The notes beneath the pieces were generated by a model. It did no database searches. It was not told the origin of the DNA and saw nothing but the letters and a program-made list of their open reading frames with translations. 64,000 nt of DNA. Source: an uncultured Planctomycetia bacterium (GTDB lineage Bacteria > Omnitrophota > Gorgyraeia > Velamenicoccales > Velamenicoccaceae). Positions 28,367 to 35,814 of the stretch are shown piece after piece. The position numbers were made by a program, and so were the translations under genes. How positions within the stretch are numbered: the first letter of the stretch is position 1; each line of letters begins with the position of its first letter. The stretch is taken from assembly GCA_964471325.1 (NCBI GenBank), contig CAYYFL010000008.1, forward strand, positions 20,879 through 84,878, read 5' to 3'.

Positions 28367-30614
28367 GGGCTCAAGTCTTAAGAACGTGTTTATAAGGCTG
28401 TTATTGTTGCTTCCGCTCATCTATGTGGCCATTGGCTGGTCTATAGGCCTGAATTACGCCAGAAAAGGTCTTATTTTGGGACCTTATGGGGATATCCCTG
28501 TGGTTGCGAAAAGAGGGATACTGGGTTCTTCGGTGAGTGATATATCCGGAGGCACAGCCATAGTGTCTATTTTGTCACCACAGCTTGGCGATGACTCAAT
28601 GCATTTCACCATAGAGGGTTATTTTGAGATACCGGAAAGCTGGGTTTTCGATTTTCCACCTGGCTATGGGAAAAACCCTGGATACGGCCTAAGCAGAAGC
28701 TTTCTTTTGACCGGAAGCTATGGGCGGGCTCAAGCGTATGAGCTGAAAGCCCCGGGCCGTTCCATAGGAAGTTTATCCGTCAGCCAGCTGTTTGATTTTT
28801 TAAAGGCTACGGGAAGAACCGGAGACATGGAGAAATTGAGGCCGTATCTGGTTCTTGAAAAGTTTGAAAAGAAATACCCCTGGGCTTATTCTGACACCGT
28901 GCTTTTGTCCAAGACCATGGGAAACATCTTTTCCGAGAATTTCGTTCCCCATGACATCCTGGGTTTGGTTGGGTTATTTGTCTTGGTGATAGCCTTGAGC
29001 GCAAGGAACTTTTGGCTGTGGTTGTATTATCTCTATTGGGTCTTTGCCTATTGGTTCGCTAGGGTCGGCTTCCATGATTCCAATTTTGCTTTTAGCCCTG
29101 AAGGCTGGCAAGTAATCCTCTGGAGCTTCTGGCACGGGTTCATCCAGAAAGAAGGCAGGCTCTTTTTGGTTTGTGCCATGGGGTTGTCAGCCGTTCTTTT
29201 CGGGATTCTGGGATTTTTGTACCTGGTCAAGCACGTTCTGCCGCGCAAAAAGCGTGAGCTGGAGGACTTCCTGAAAGTAGACAAGGATATCCTGAAAAGA
29301 AAGGAGCTCTCTATTGAGAGCGTTGAATTCAAGAAGGTGCGTTACGACATCGACAGGAAACTTGTCCGGTATCAAAAAACAGACAAATACTTTTTGGGTG
29401 TCTCTGATGACAAAGAGGATATTGTCCTTGAAGAGAATATCCTTAACCACCATTTGCACGTATTGGGCTCGACAGGCAGCGGCAAGACCTCCCTGGTCGT
29501 CCTGCCGCTTGCCAGGCAGGCCCTGGATAAAGAGAGAGGATGTTGTTTCATAGACTTTAAAGGGGACGAGGTCTTCAAAAAATATGTCCGGAAGAAGGCA
29601 ATGGAGAATAATAAGAAGTTTTATTACTTCAGCATTGATCCTCATGAGGCGTCGATCGGCTACAATCCGTTGTCTTCAGGGGATATCCTTTCCAAGGTCG
29701 ACAGGATCATGACCGCCCTTGAGTTGATTTATCAGGGGCCGGCCGGTTTTTATTCCAATGTCCAGGCCATGACCTTTGTCGAGCTCTTGAAAAAGATGGC
29801 CAGCCAAAAACAGGAGATCAATTTCCTTCATGTTAAGGAAGACCTGGATGATCCACGTTTCCTTATGTCGGTTGACGTCAAAAGCCAGGAGATCAAGGGG
29901 TTATTGGCTGCGATCTCCTGGATCGCGGGAGTCGACGTTATCAACCGCGATCAACTGGATTTATCCCACGTGATCAAAAACGGGGATGTTGCGTTCTTTG
30001 CCTTAAAGAGCCAGGTGAATACGAGGCTCGCTGAGGCCATAGGCAAGATGCTCATTATCGATTTGAAATCCCAGGCTGTTTTTCGTAAAGAGACGGATCC
30101 GCCCTATTTTATCTTCATCGATGAATTTCAGAATCTGGCTTGTTCGCACTTCGTGGACGTCATCTCCAAGGTCAGGAGCGCGAATTTTTGCCTGGTTTTG
30201 TCCAATCAGTCGCGGGGGAACCTGTCGAGCGTTTCGCATGCTTTCGAAAACGCGATTTTTACCAATACCGCGACTAAGGTCATTTTTACTCAGGAAGACC
30301 CGCTTGACGCAAGATTCTGGTCTGAGAAGACGGGGCAAACTACCTACCAGGACAAGAGCGTTTTTCAGGTGGATACGATGGCCGCGGATAATAAAGGCGC
30401 CAGGCTTGACGGTTTAAGATCCGCCCAGGGCAATATCCATACAGCCAGGAAGAACTATATCTCAGAGAACGTGTTTTTGAGACTGCCCTTTGCCAAATCC
30501 GTAATCTTTTCGCGGGGGAAACTTACCCGCATCGTAAATCATGAGTTTTTATTTAACAAGGCGGAAAGGGACAGGCTCATATCCCTGCCGTTCGAAAATA
30601 AGGAAAGCAGGTAG
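28344..30614 (+). CDS. type IV coupling protein (TraD/VirD4-family ATPase)
   Basis: N-terminal TM region. Walker A HLHVLGSTGSGKTS, Walker B YFIFIDEFQNL, later LVLSNQS. ATG 28359 is an alternative start. Confidence 0.85.
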   Translation: MRGQAMNKGSSLKNVFIRLLLLLPLIYVAIGWSIGLNYARKGLILGPYGDIPVVAKRGILGSSVSDISGGTAIVSILSPQLGDDSMHFTIEGYFEIPESWVFDFPPGYGKNPGYGLSRSFLLTGSYGRAQAYELKAPGRSIGSLSVSQLFDFLKATGRTGDMEKLRPYLVLEKFEKKYPWAYSDTVLLSKTMGNIFSENFVPHDILGLVGLFVLVIALSARNFWLWLYYLYWVFAYWFARVGFHDSNFAFSPEGWQVILWSFWHGFIQKEGRLFLVCAMGLSAVLFGILGFLYLVKHVLPRKKRELEDFLKVDKDILKRKELSIESVEFKKVRYDIDRKLVRYQKTDKYFLGVSDDKEDIVLEENILNHHLHVLGSTGSGKTSLVVLPLARQALDKERGCCFIDFKGDEVFKKYVRKKAMENNKKFYYFSIDPHEASIGYNPLSSGDILSKVDRIMTALELIYQGPAGFYSNVQAMTFVELLKKMASQKQEINFLHVKEDLDDPRFLMSVDVKSQEIKGLLAAISWIAGVDVINRDQLDLSHVIKNGDVAFFALKSQVNTRLAEAIGKMLIIDLKSQAVFRKETDPPYFIFIDEFQNLACSHFVDVISKVRSANFCLVLSNQSRGNLSSVSHAFENAIFTNTATKVIFTQEDPLDARFWSEKTGQTTYQDKSVFQVDTMAADNKGARLDGLRSAQGNIHTARKNYISENVFLRLPFAKSVIFSRGKLTRIVNHEFLFNKAERDRLISLPFENKESR

Positions 30615-30636
30615 TATGTTCAATTTTTGAACATAC
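30614..30636. repeat. perfect 10-bp palindrome (GTATGTTCAA-ttt-TTGAACATAC)
   Basis: Overlaps the T4CP stop codon and precedes the pilin gene. May be an operator or a weak terminator; there is no following T-run. Confidence 0.5.
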
Positions 30637-30676
30637 CATATCGAGGTTGATCAAACAGAAAGGAGGCTTTAAAGCT

Positions 30677-31000
30677 ATGCAGATAAATATTATTGCAAAA
30701 CGGAGTGTGTTAAAGATGTGCGCTGTCCTGTGTCTGGTTTTGAGTCTTTCCCTGGCGCTCGCGCCTTTTGTCTTAGCGCAGGTGGATACGAGCCAGGAAC
30801 AGCAGGTTGTCAGTGATTTTGCCACTTTTATCATTAATATTCTCACTGGCCCTGTGTCAAAGATCTTAAGCGCGGTTCTGCTCATTGGAGGGGTGGTTGC
30901 GCTTTTAAACGGAAAACAAGGGGTGGCTATCGCGTGCGGTTTTGGGTTCATGATCCTGATGTTTATACCCAAGATCCTCCAAGGGCTGTTCAAAACATAA
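30677..31000 (+). CDS. VirB2/TrbC-type conjugative pilin precursor
   Basis: Long signal peptide ending LALAPFVLAQ, then two hydrophobic helices (ILTGPVSKILSAVLLIGGVVAL; VAIACGFGFMILMFIP), as in VirB2/TrbC pilins. AGGAGG lies 10 nt before ATG 30677. Confidence 0.55.
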   Translation: MQINIIAKRSVLKMCAVLCLVLSLSLALAPFVLAQVDTSQEQQVVSDFATFIINILTGPVSKILSAVLLIGGVVALLNGKQGVAIACGFGFMILMFIPKILQGLFKT

Positions 31001-31308
31001 TGAAAAAGTGCTGCCGGACCATCGATAGACCTTTGCTTCTTTTCGGCCTGGAACCAGAAGATGTAGGGATCCTGGCTTTGATCAGTGGTTTCTTGATCAT
31101 TTTCTTTGATCCTTTTTATGCTGGCACGGTTTTCTTCGGAGGATGGATACTTTTGAGAATAATGAAACAAGGTAAACCCCAGGGATATCTCGCGCACCTG
31201 TTTTATAAGCACGGGGTGAGGATTAAGGGTTTAATTGATCCGCCGGAACGCGTCGGACGGTATTCGGTTTTTGGGGGAGGTGATCGCGATGCAGATGCAG
31301 AGCTTTAG
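31000..31308 (+). CDS. traL: TraL-like (VirB3-class) T4SS inner-membrane protein
   Basis: IDRPLLLFGLEPEDV resembles F TraL RWFGLPLDEL. KQGKPQGYLAHLFYKHG ... PPERVGRYSV parallels F TraL KKGRGSSWLRDLIYWY ... VPDSCFRQWI. Confidence 0.6.
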   Translation: MKKCCRTIDRPLLLFGLEPEDVGILALISGFLIIFFDPFYAGTVFFGGWILLRIMKQGKPQGYLAHLFYKHGVRIKGLIDPPERVGRYSVFGGGDRDADAEL

Positions 31309-31480
31309 TCTTTTGGAATTGGCGTTAATCGTTTTGATGATTATTTTCTATTTTCTGCCGACCCTGGTGGCGTACTTTAGGCAGCACAAAAACATTCCGG
31401 CTATTTTTGTGCTTAATCTTCTTTTGGGCTGGACTGTTTTGGGATGGGTGAGTTCTTTAGTGTGGTCTTTCATGAAATAA
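31289..31480 (+). CDS. superinfection-immunity (Imm, PF14373-like) small membrane protein
   Basis: FYFLPTLVAYFRQHKNIPAIFVLNLLLGWTVLGWVSSLVWSF matches the YFLPxxxA...N.LLGWT.xGW signature. GGGGGAGGTG RBS. Overlaps the traL end by 20 nt. Confidence 0.7.
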   Translation: MQMQSFSLLELALIVLMIIFYFLPTLVAYFRQHKNIPAIFVLNLLLGWTVLGWVSSLVWSFMK

Positions 31481-31728
31481 ACATATATGGATTTTGTATT
31501 TAACATTTAAGTTGACAAAGGACTTCGTTTTACTATGCTGCTCAAGAGGATTTTGTTATGAACTTGTCCTCAAATAATCTTGATGCTGTATCTTATTATA
31601 TATAAGATAGTTATAATAAATACTGAATTCAAGTTAAAATAATGCATATTTGACTTGATATTTATGTTATGTATGTTATATTTGTTATGGAGGCTGCTAC
31701 TTATTATTATAACCAAAAGGACGGCTAA

Positions 31729-32127
31729 ATGGACATAATAATTACGTCTTGGGCTCTGGATTCGTACTTAGAAATGAAGCATAATAGAGTATTCAGCAAA
31801 GAAGAATATAAAAAGATCATTCGTCCAGATGTATTACGACTTAGGGATTATCCTGATGATCCCAAGTTTGAAAACGAAAAATTTTGGTCGATTGTCGCTG
31901 ATCAAAGTCATAATAAGATTGAAAATGGCTATAAAATGAAATGGCATCAAATTGGCAGTGGCAAAATTCAACTTCGTTTGACTGTGGGAATGTTTTGCAA
32001 TGCTTTTCTTTGCGAGGCATATGTCAAAAGAAATCCGAAGGCGGAACAAAGAAAAATAGCGCGTTTCAAGGTGTTTTTACAATTAATAAGACAAAGTCAA
32101 TATACTGAGAATGGGAGATTATCATGA
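31729..32127 (+). CDS. putative HigB/Gp49-like toxin (RelE/ParE superfamily), uncertain
   Basis: The C-terminal part IQLRLTVGMFCNAFLCEAYVKRNPKAEQRKIARFKVFL resembles the Gp49/HigB pattern (RilY...f.KKt.Ktp..ei..A). ATGA-coupled to a downstream HTH protein. Lies in a very AT-rich tract. Confidence 0.4.
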   Translation: MDIIITSWALDSYLEMKHNRVFSKEEYKKIIRPDVLRLRDYPDDPKFENEKFWSIVADQSHNKIENGYKMKWHQIGSGKIQLRLTVGMFCNAFLCEAYVKRNPKAEQRKIARFKVFLQLIRQSQYTENGRLS

Positions 32128-32618
32128 GAACCGGTGCGTTATTATCAGCCGATAGAAGTGTAGAGCTTATTGAAATAGGACACCAAATGAAACAAAGGGG
32201 GTTGTCTGATGTATTTATTGCAGCTGCCGTTCAGACAGCTTTCGAATTTGAGGGGGTTTATGATTTAATGAAAATGTGGTCAGAAGAGTCGGAGAAAAAA
32301 GAACAAGATGAAGTTATCGCTGATATACAAGAGATGATTGATGAATGTTCTCAGAAAGAAAAGATCGAAGGGACCTATGTGCGTTTTGACGATTTAGATC
32401 AAATTGCCAAAAACATTCGTTCTTTCAAAGATAGCTTGCGAATGATCGTCGAAAAAAAGGGTGGAATTAAGATGGTTGCAGATTTAACCGGCATCCCTCA
32501 GCCATCATTATCTAGATTTTTTAATTCTAGATCGATACCAAGAAGGATAACTTTGTTAAAAATTGCGAGGGCTTTAAATTTGAGCCAGATCCAAATTGCT
32601 ACTGAATGGAGTAGATGA
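32124..32618 (+). CDS. XRE-family HTH protein (putative HigA-type antitoxin/regulator)
   Basis: C-terminal helix-turn-helix VADLTGIPQPSLSRFFNSRSIPRRITLLKIARALNLSQ. Confidence 0.55.
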   Translation: MRTGALLSADRSVELIEIGHQMKQRGLSDVFIAAAVQTAFEFEGVYDLMKMWSEESEKKEQDEVIADIQEMIDECSQKEKIEGTYVRFDDLDQIAKNIRSFKDSLRMIVEKKGGIKMVADLTGIPQPSLSRFFNSRSIPRRITLLKIARALNLSQIQIATEWSR

Positions 32619-32677
32619 AAGAATGTCGTAACTGTGGAATGTGAACATAAAACATATATTCCTATGTTTAAAAAAAA

Positions 32678-32705
32678 CTTGACAAAACGATCTGAAGGTG
32701 TAAAT
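32678..32705 (+). promoter_or_regulatory. candidate sigma70-type promoter
   Basis: TTGACA (32678-32683), 16 nt spacer, TAAATT (32700-32705), in an ORF-free gap. Confidence 0.4.
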
Positions 32706-32711
32706 TAATAA

Positions 32712-32838
32712 TAGATAATTTGGTGTAAGGAGAATCAGAAGCGCGGATTCTCTCTAAAGTTTCAAAAGCAGTCCTATTGGAACAACCAAGGGGCTGGTTT
32801 CTTGAGGTAAAACTCAAGAAGCCAGCCCTTTTTTATTT
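32712..32838 (+). ncRNA. candidate ~125-nt small RNA or attenuating leader upstream of traE
   Basis: Bounded by the promoter above and a strong terminator. It has an internal 7-bp hairpin GAGAATC(32729-35)/GATTCTC(32745-51). No start codon follows the TAAGGAG at 32725. Confidence 0.3.
32791..32838 (+). terminator. rho-independent terminator
   Basis: GGGCTGGTTTCTTGAG / CTCAAGAAGCCAGCCC 16-bp stem (one G.U), 6-nt loop, then TTTTTTATTT. Ends 9 nt before the traE ATG. Confidence 0.75.
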
Positions 32839-32846
32839 GCCCAGAC

Positions 32847-33470
32847 ATGCCAAAATCACTGGAACACAATGAAACTACTAAACGCCCGACTTTCCTTGAG
32901 AAATGGGCCCGGGCTGAACAGACCAGCGCGTTTTTAGGTATGGCCCTTTACGCCTGCATCGCCTTCTGTCTGGCTCTTCTTATCACGGTCTTTAAGTTAT
33001 CCACAAGGTCGCAACCTATTTACTATATTCCAAGCTCGCATGAAGCGGGGATCTCCTATCCGAATCGAATAGAAAAAGAGGCTGTCTGCGCCTTTGCCTC
33101 AAACTGGCTGCTAGACCGCAATAACTTCACTTCCATCACAGTCAAGGAGACCTATGCAAGGGCCATGCGCTACATGGCGCCTGCGCTTCTTTCAAGAACA
33201 AGGGCTGGTCTTGAAGATGAGATTGGCCGGGTTTTGCGCGATAACATTTCATCCTTGTTTTCTTTAAGCCAAGATCCCCAATGGGAGCAATCTGGTAAAG
33301 AATTTAAGGTGATATTGACCGGAGAAAAGTCACTCTTCATGGGAAAAGAAAAACTGGATGACCGCAGTCTTCGCTACACGATCACCTTAGAGAGGGTCTC
33401 TCCGGTTCAGACCAACCCTTATGGCCTGGTTATTGCAGGGGTCAAGCAAGAGCAGATAGGAGAACAATGA
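32847..33470 (+). CDS. traE: TraE-like (VirB8-class) T4SS protein
   Basis: A single N-terminal TM (FLGMALYACIAFCLALLITVF) followed by a periplasmic domain. DNISSLFSL parallels F TraE DNVNSAFFQ. Ends NPYGLVIAGV. No SD is visible before the ATG. Confidence 0.55.
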   Translation: MPKSLEHNETTKRPTFLEKWARAEQTSAFLGMALYACIAFCLALLITVFKLSTRSQPIYYIPSSHEAGISYPNRIEKEAVCAFASNWLLDRNNFTSITVKETYARAMRYMAPALLSRTRAGLEDEIGRVLRDNISSLFSLSQDPQWEQSGKEFKVILTGEKSLFMGKEKLDDRSLRYTITLERVSPVQTNPYGLVIAGVKQEQIGEQ

Positions 33471-34213
33471 GAATATCCATCGCAGCTCTTCGTCCTTTTG
33501 GGATATTTTGCATTCTGTTGATTGTTTTTGGATTGGTCCTGACGGACGCGTTTGGAGAATCCGCGGCTGTTAACGGCAGCGAAGATGTCATCCCTTTGCG
33601 GTTGAAAACCGGCATGGTGACGCAGGCAGAGTTCCCAGAAAAGATTGCCGATGTCACAAAGAGCATTTCTTCGGATTTCCTTCAGGTCGAGACCCTCGGT
33701 AACAGGATGTTTTTGCTGCCGCTTAAAAGTTTTGATTCTTATCTTCATGTCGTCACAGAAGGAAATACTTCCTACTGCTTGCATTTGATCATGGACAATG
33801 TCGAGGCGCCTACTTCTATTGAGATCAAAAAAAGACCTCAAGCCAGGAAAGAGACCCAAAATCAGGGAACCTTTAACACGGTTGAGCTAATGAGGATGCT
33901 TCTAAAAGGAGAAGTGCCGCCAGGGGCAGCGAGTGCAGGGTCCAGCATACATGAGGTCTTCAATAACGGAGTTTTCCGCATAACAACGGATAAGGTTTAT
34001 GAGCTTGGAGGCGGGGCCAAAGCGCTGGTGTTGCGTTTTGAGAACCTAATGGATAAGCCCATTGTGCTGCCTATAGAAGATATAGAGCTACCGGGGTTAG
34101 TCGCAGCCAGCGTGGATACCCAGGTTTTGGGGCCAAGGCCCCGCAGCCAAGCTAAAAACAGTGCCGATTCCATGACAAAGGCCTACATGATTATTGAGGC
34201 GCAGGATCAGTAA
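33467..34213 (+). CDS. traK: TraK-like (VirB9-class) secreted T4SS core protein
   Basis: Signal peptide, about 248 aa, sited between traE and traB with an ATGA overlap as in F-type operons. The call rests mainly on synteny and size. Confidence 0.5.
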   Translation: MRISIAALRPFGIFCILLIVFGLVLTDAFGESAAVNGSEDVIPLRLKTGMVTQAEFPEKIADVTKSISSDFLQVETLGNRMFLLPLKSFDSYLHVVTEGNTSYCLHLIMDNVEAPTSIEIKKRPQARKETQNQGTFNTVELMRMLLKGEVPPGAASAGSSIHEVFNNGVFRITTDKVYELGGGAKALVLRFENLMDKPIVLPIEDIELPGLVAASVDTQVLGPRPRSQAKNSADSMTKAYMIIEAQDQ

Positions 34214-34223
34214 AAAAATATCC

Positions 34224-35456
34224 ATGACCAAAATCTCGTTTAAGGACATTCCTAGCTTTAATATTGTGGCATCGATACTAAGCCATAAGCCGCGGCCGGT
34301 TATCTTAGCGGTCTGCGGCTTGGCTATCGTTTTAGGATTCCTGGCTTTTAGCGGCGTCAAAGAGACCAAAAACATCAAAAAAAGCCTTACGACACCTGAT
34401 CGTTCTAAGGCAAAAACCAACCCTGAAGATAAAGATGTGGGTGTCCTTGTAGGCTCTGTAGATACCAAGACATATGTTTCCCGCATTGAAAAACAATACT
34501 ATGACATATCCTCGCGTCAGGACAATAGCGAAGCCCGCCTGGCAGAGCTGGAAAAAGACATAGCCGGCCTGCGAAAAAACCAGTCTGAGATAAGCAAGAT
34601 TATCGTGGATCTTGACAAAAGGGTGACGACTGCGCTGTCTGAAAGCATAAATTCAGGCAAGCCAGGTTTCCAAGAGAACCAGGAAGCTGGCAATGAGGGG
34701 ATCCTGGGTAATCCGTTGTCCGGGATAGCATCGGTCAAGCCAGCGATGCGCCTGGAGATGGCCAAAGTCAGCGAGATTAGAGGAGAAGCCGATGCTTTGA
34801 AAAAAAGATGCGTTTACCTGCCTTTGGGGAGTTTTGTCAAAGGCACTCTTTTGACCGGAGTCTATGCGCCTGTGAACGTCAACAATCCTCTGCCTGTCTT
34901 GATCAGCGTGGATGAGGCTTTTTACGGCCCTAATAACACAAGGATCCCCTTAAAAGGAGCTTTTGCCATTGGCAAGGCCATAGGTGATGTTGTCTCCAAG
35001 AGGGCCATCATCCAGATCGTCGGTTTTTCGGTCGTGTTGCCTGGAGGCAATACTTTTGAGCATGAGGGTAATTTAGGGTATCTGACAGACGAGACCGGCC
35101 GCCTGGGCATCCCAGGAGAGTTGATCTACAACACAGGTAAGCAGCTATCCTTGAGTTTTATCTCAGGGTTCTTGGCAGGAGGGGCCGAAGCGCTCTCTCA
35201 GGCGCAGACTTCAACCGTGGTCGGCGCCTACGGTCAGACTGCTCAAAACGTCACAGGCAATACAGGTAATTATGCCATGTTCTCAGGGCTGGCTAACAGC
35301 GCCCAGGGCATGGCCTCGTATTATCAAAAACAATTGGAGGCCATGATCCCTGCCATCAAGATCGAAGCTGGAACAAAAGTGACCCTGGTCATCCAGAAAG
35401 GGGTGGAAATTGAAGGCCTTAAAGCTTCTGTTGACGATTTCGATTATGTTGATTAG
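34224..35456 (+). CDS. traB: TraB/TrbI/VirB10-family T4SS core protein
   Basis: N-terminal TM, coiled-coil/Pro-poor linker, C-terminal barrel region GTLLTGVYAPVNVNNPLPVLISV...IPGELIYNTGKQL typical of the VirB10 family. Confidence 0.75.
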   Translation: MTKISFKDIPSFNIVASILSHKPRPVILAVCGLAIVLGFLAFSGVKETKNIKKSLTTPDRSKAKTNPEDKDVGVLVGSVDTKTYVSRIEKQYYDISSRQDNSEARLAELEKDIAGLRKNQSEISKIIVDLDKRVTTALSESINSGKPGFQENQEAGNEGILGNPLSGIASVKPAMRLEMAKVSEIRGEADALKKRCVYLPLGSFVKGTLLTGVYAPVNVNNPLPVLISVDEAFYGPNNTRIPLKGAFAIGKAIGDVVSKRAIIQIVGFSVVLPGGNTFEHEGNLGYLTDETGRLGIPGELIYNTGKQLSLSFISGFLAGGAEALSQAQTSTVVGAYGQTAQNVTGNTGNYAMFSGLANSAQGMASYYQKQLEAMIPAIKIEAGTKVTLVIQKGVEIEGLKASVDDFDYVD

Positions 35457-35814
35457 TTCCGGCTGCGCGGCTTCCCACAAGGTGGTTGTCAGCGGAGCTC
35501 AGGATAAGGTGATGGACGCGTATCTTTCCGCTGTGAGTTCAGGCAGGCGTGATTCTGGTGAGTTCATCAAGGACAAGTTAAAACTCAACAAGGCATTCGG
35601 ATATGTCGCGCCTTATGTGCCTGTCATTGAGCCCGCGGATGTCAGACTTGTCTGGATCCCGGCTCATAAGTCAAAAGAGGACAAAGATACCTTAGTCGCT
35701 GGCCACTGGATATACGTCATGGTGAAAGAATCAAGCTGGTTCATCGATTCCCAGAAGCAGGACAAAGCGAGGATCCCTTTATTGGTTCCTTACAAAGAAA
35801 CTGTCGCGAAATGA
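35410..35814 (+). CDS. traV: TraV-like outer-membrane lipoprotein
   Basis: TTG start. Lipobox MLISSGC. The C-terminal VRLVWIPAHKS...GHWIYVMVKESSWF parallels F TraV ALWIAPYID...SVFFVIKPSAW. Overlaps traB by 47 nt. Confidence 0.6.
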   Translation: MKALKLLLTISIMLISSGCAASHKVVVSGAQDKVMDAYLSAVSSGRRDSGEFIKDKLKLNKAFGYVAPYVPVIEPADVRLVWIPAHKSKEDKDTLVAGHWIYVMVKESSWFIDSQKQDKARIPLLVPYKETVAK

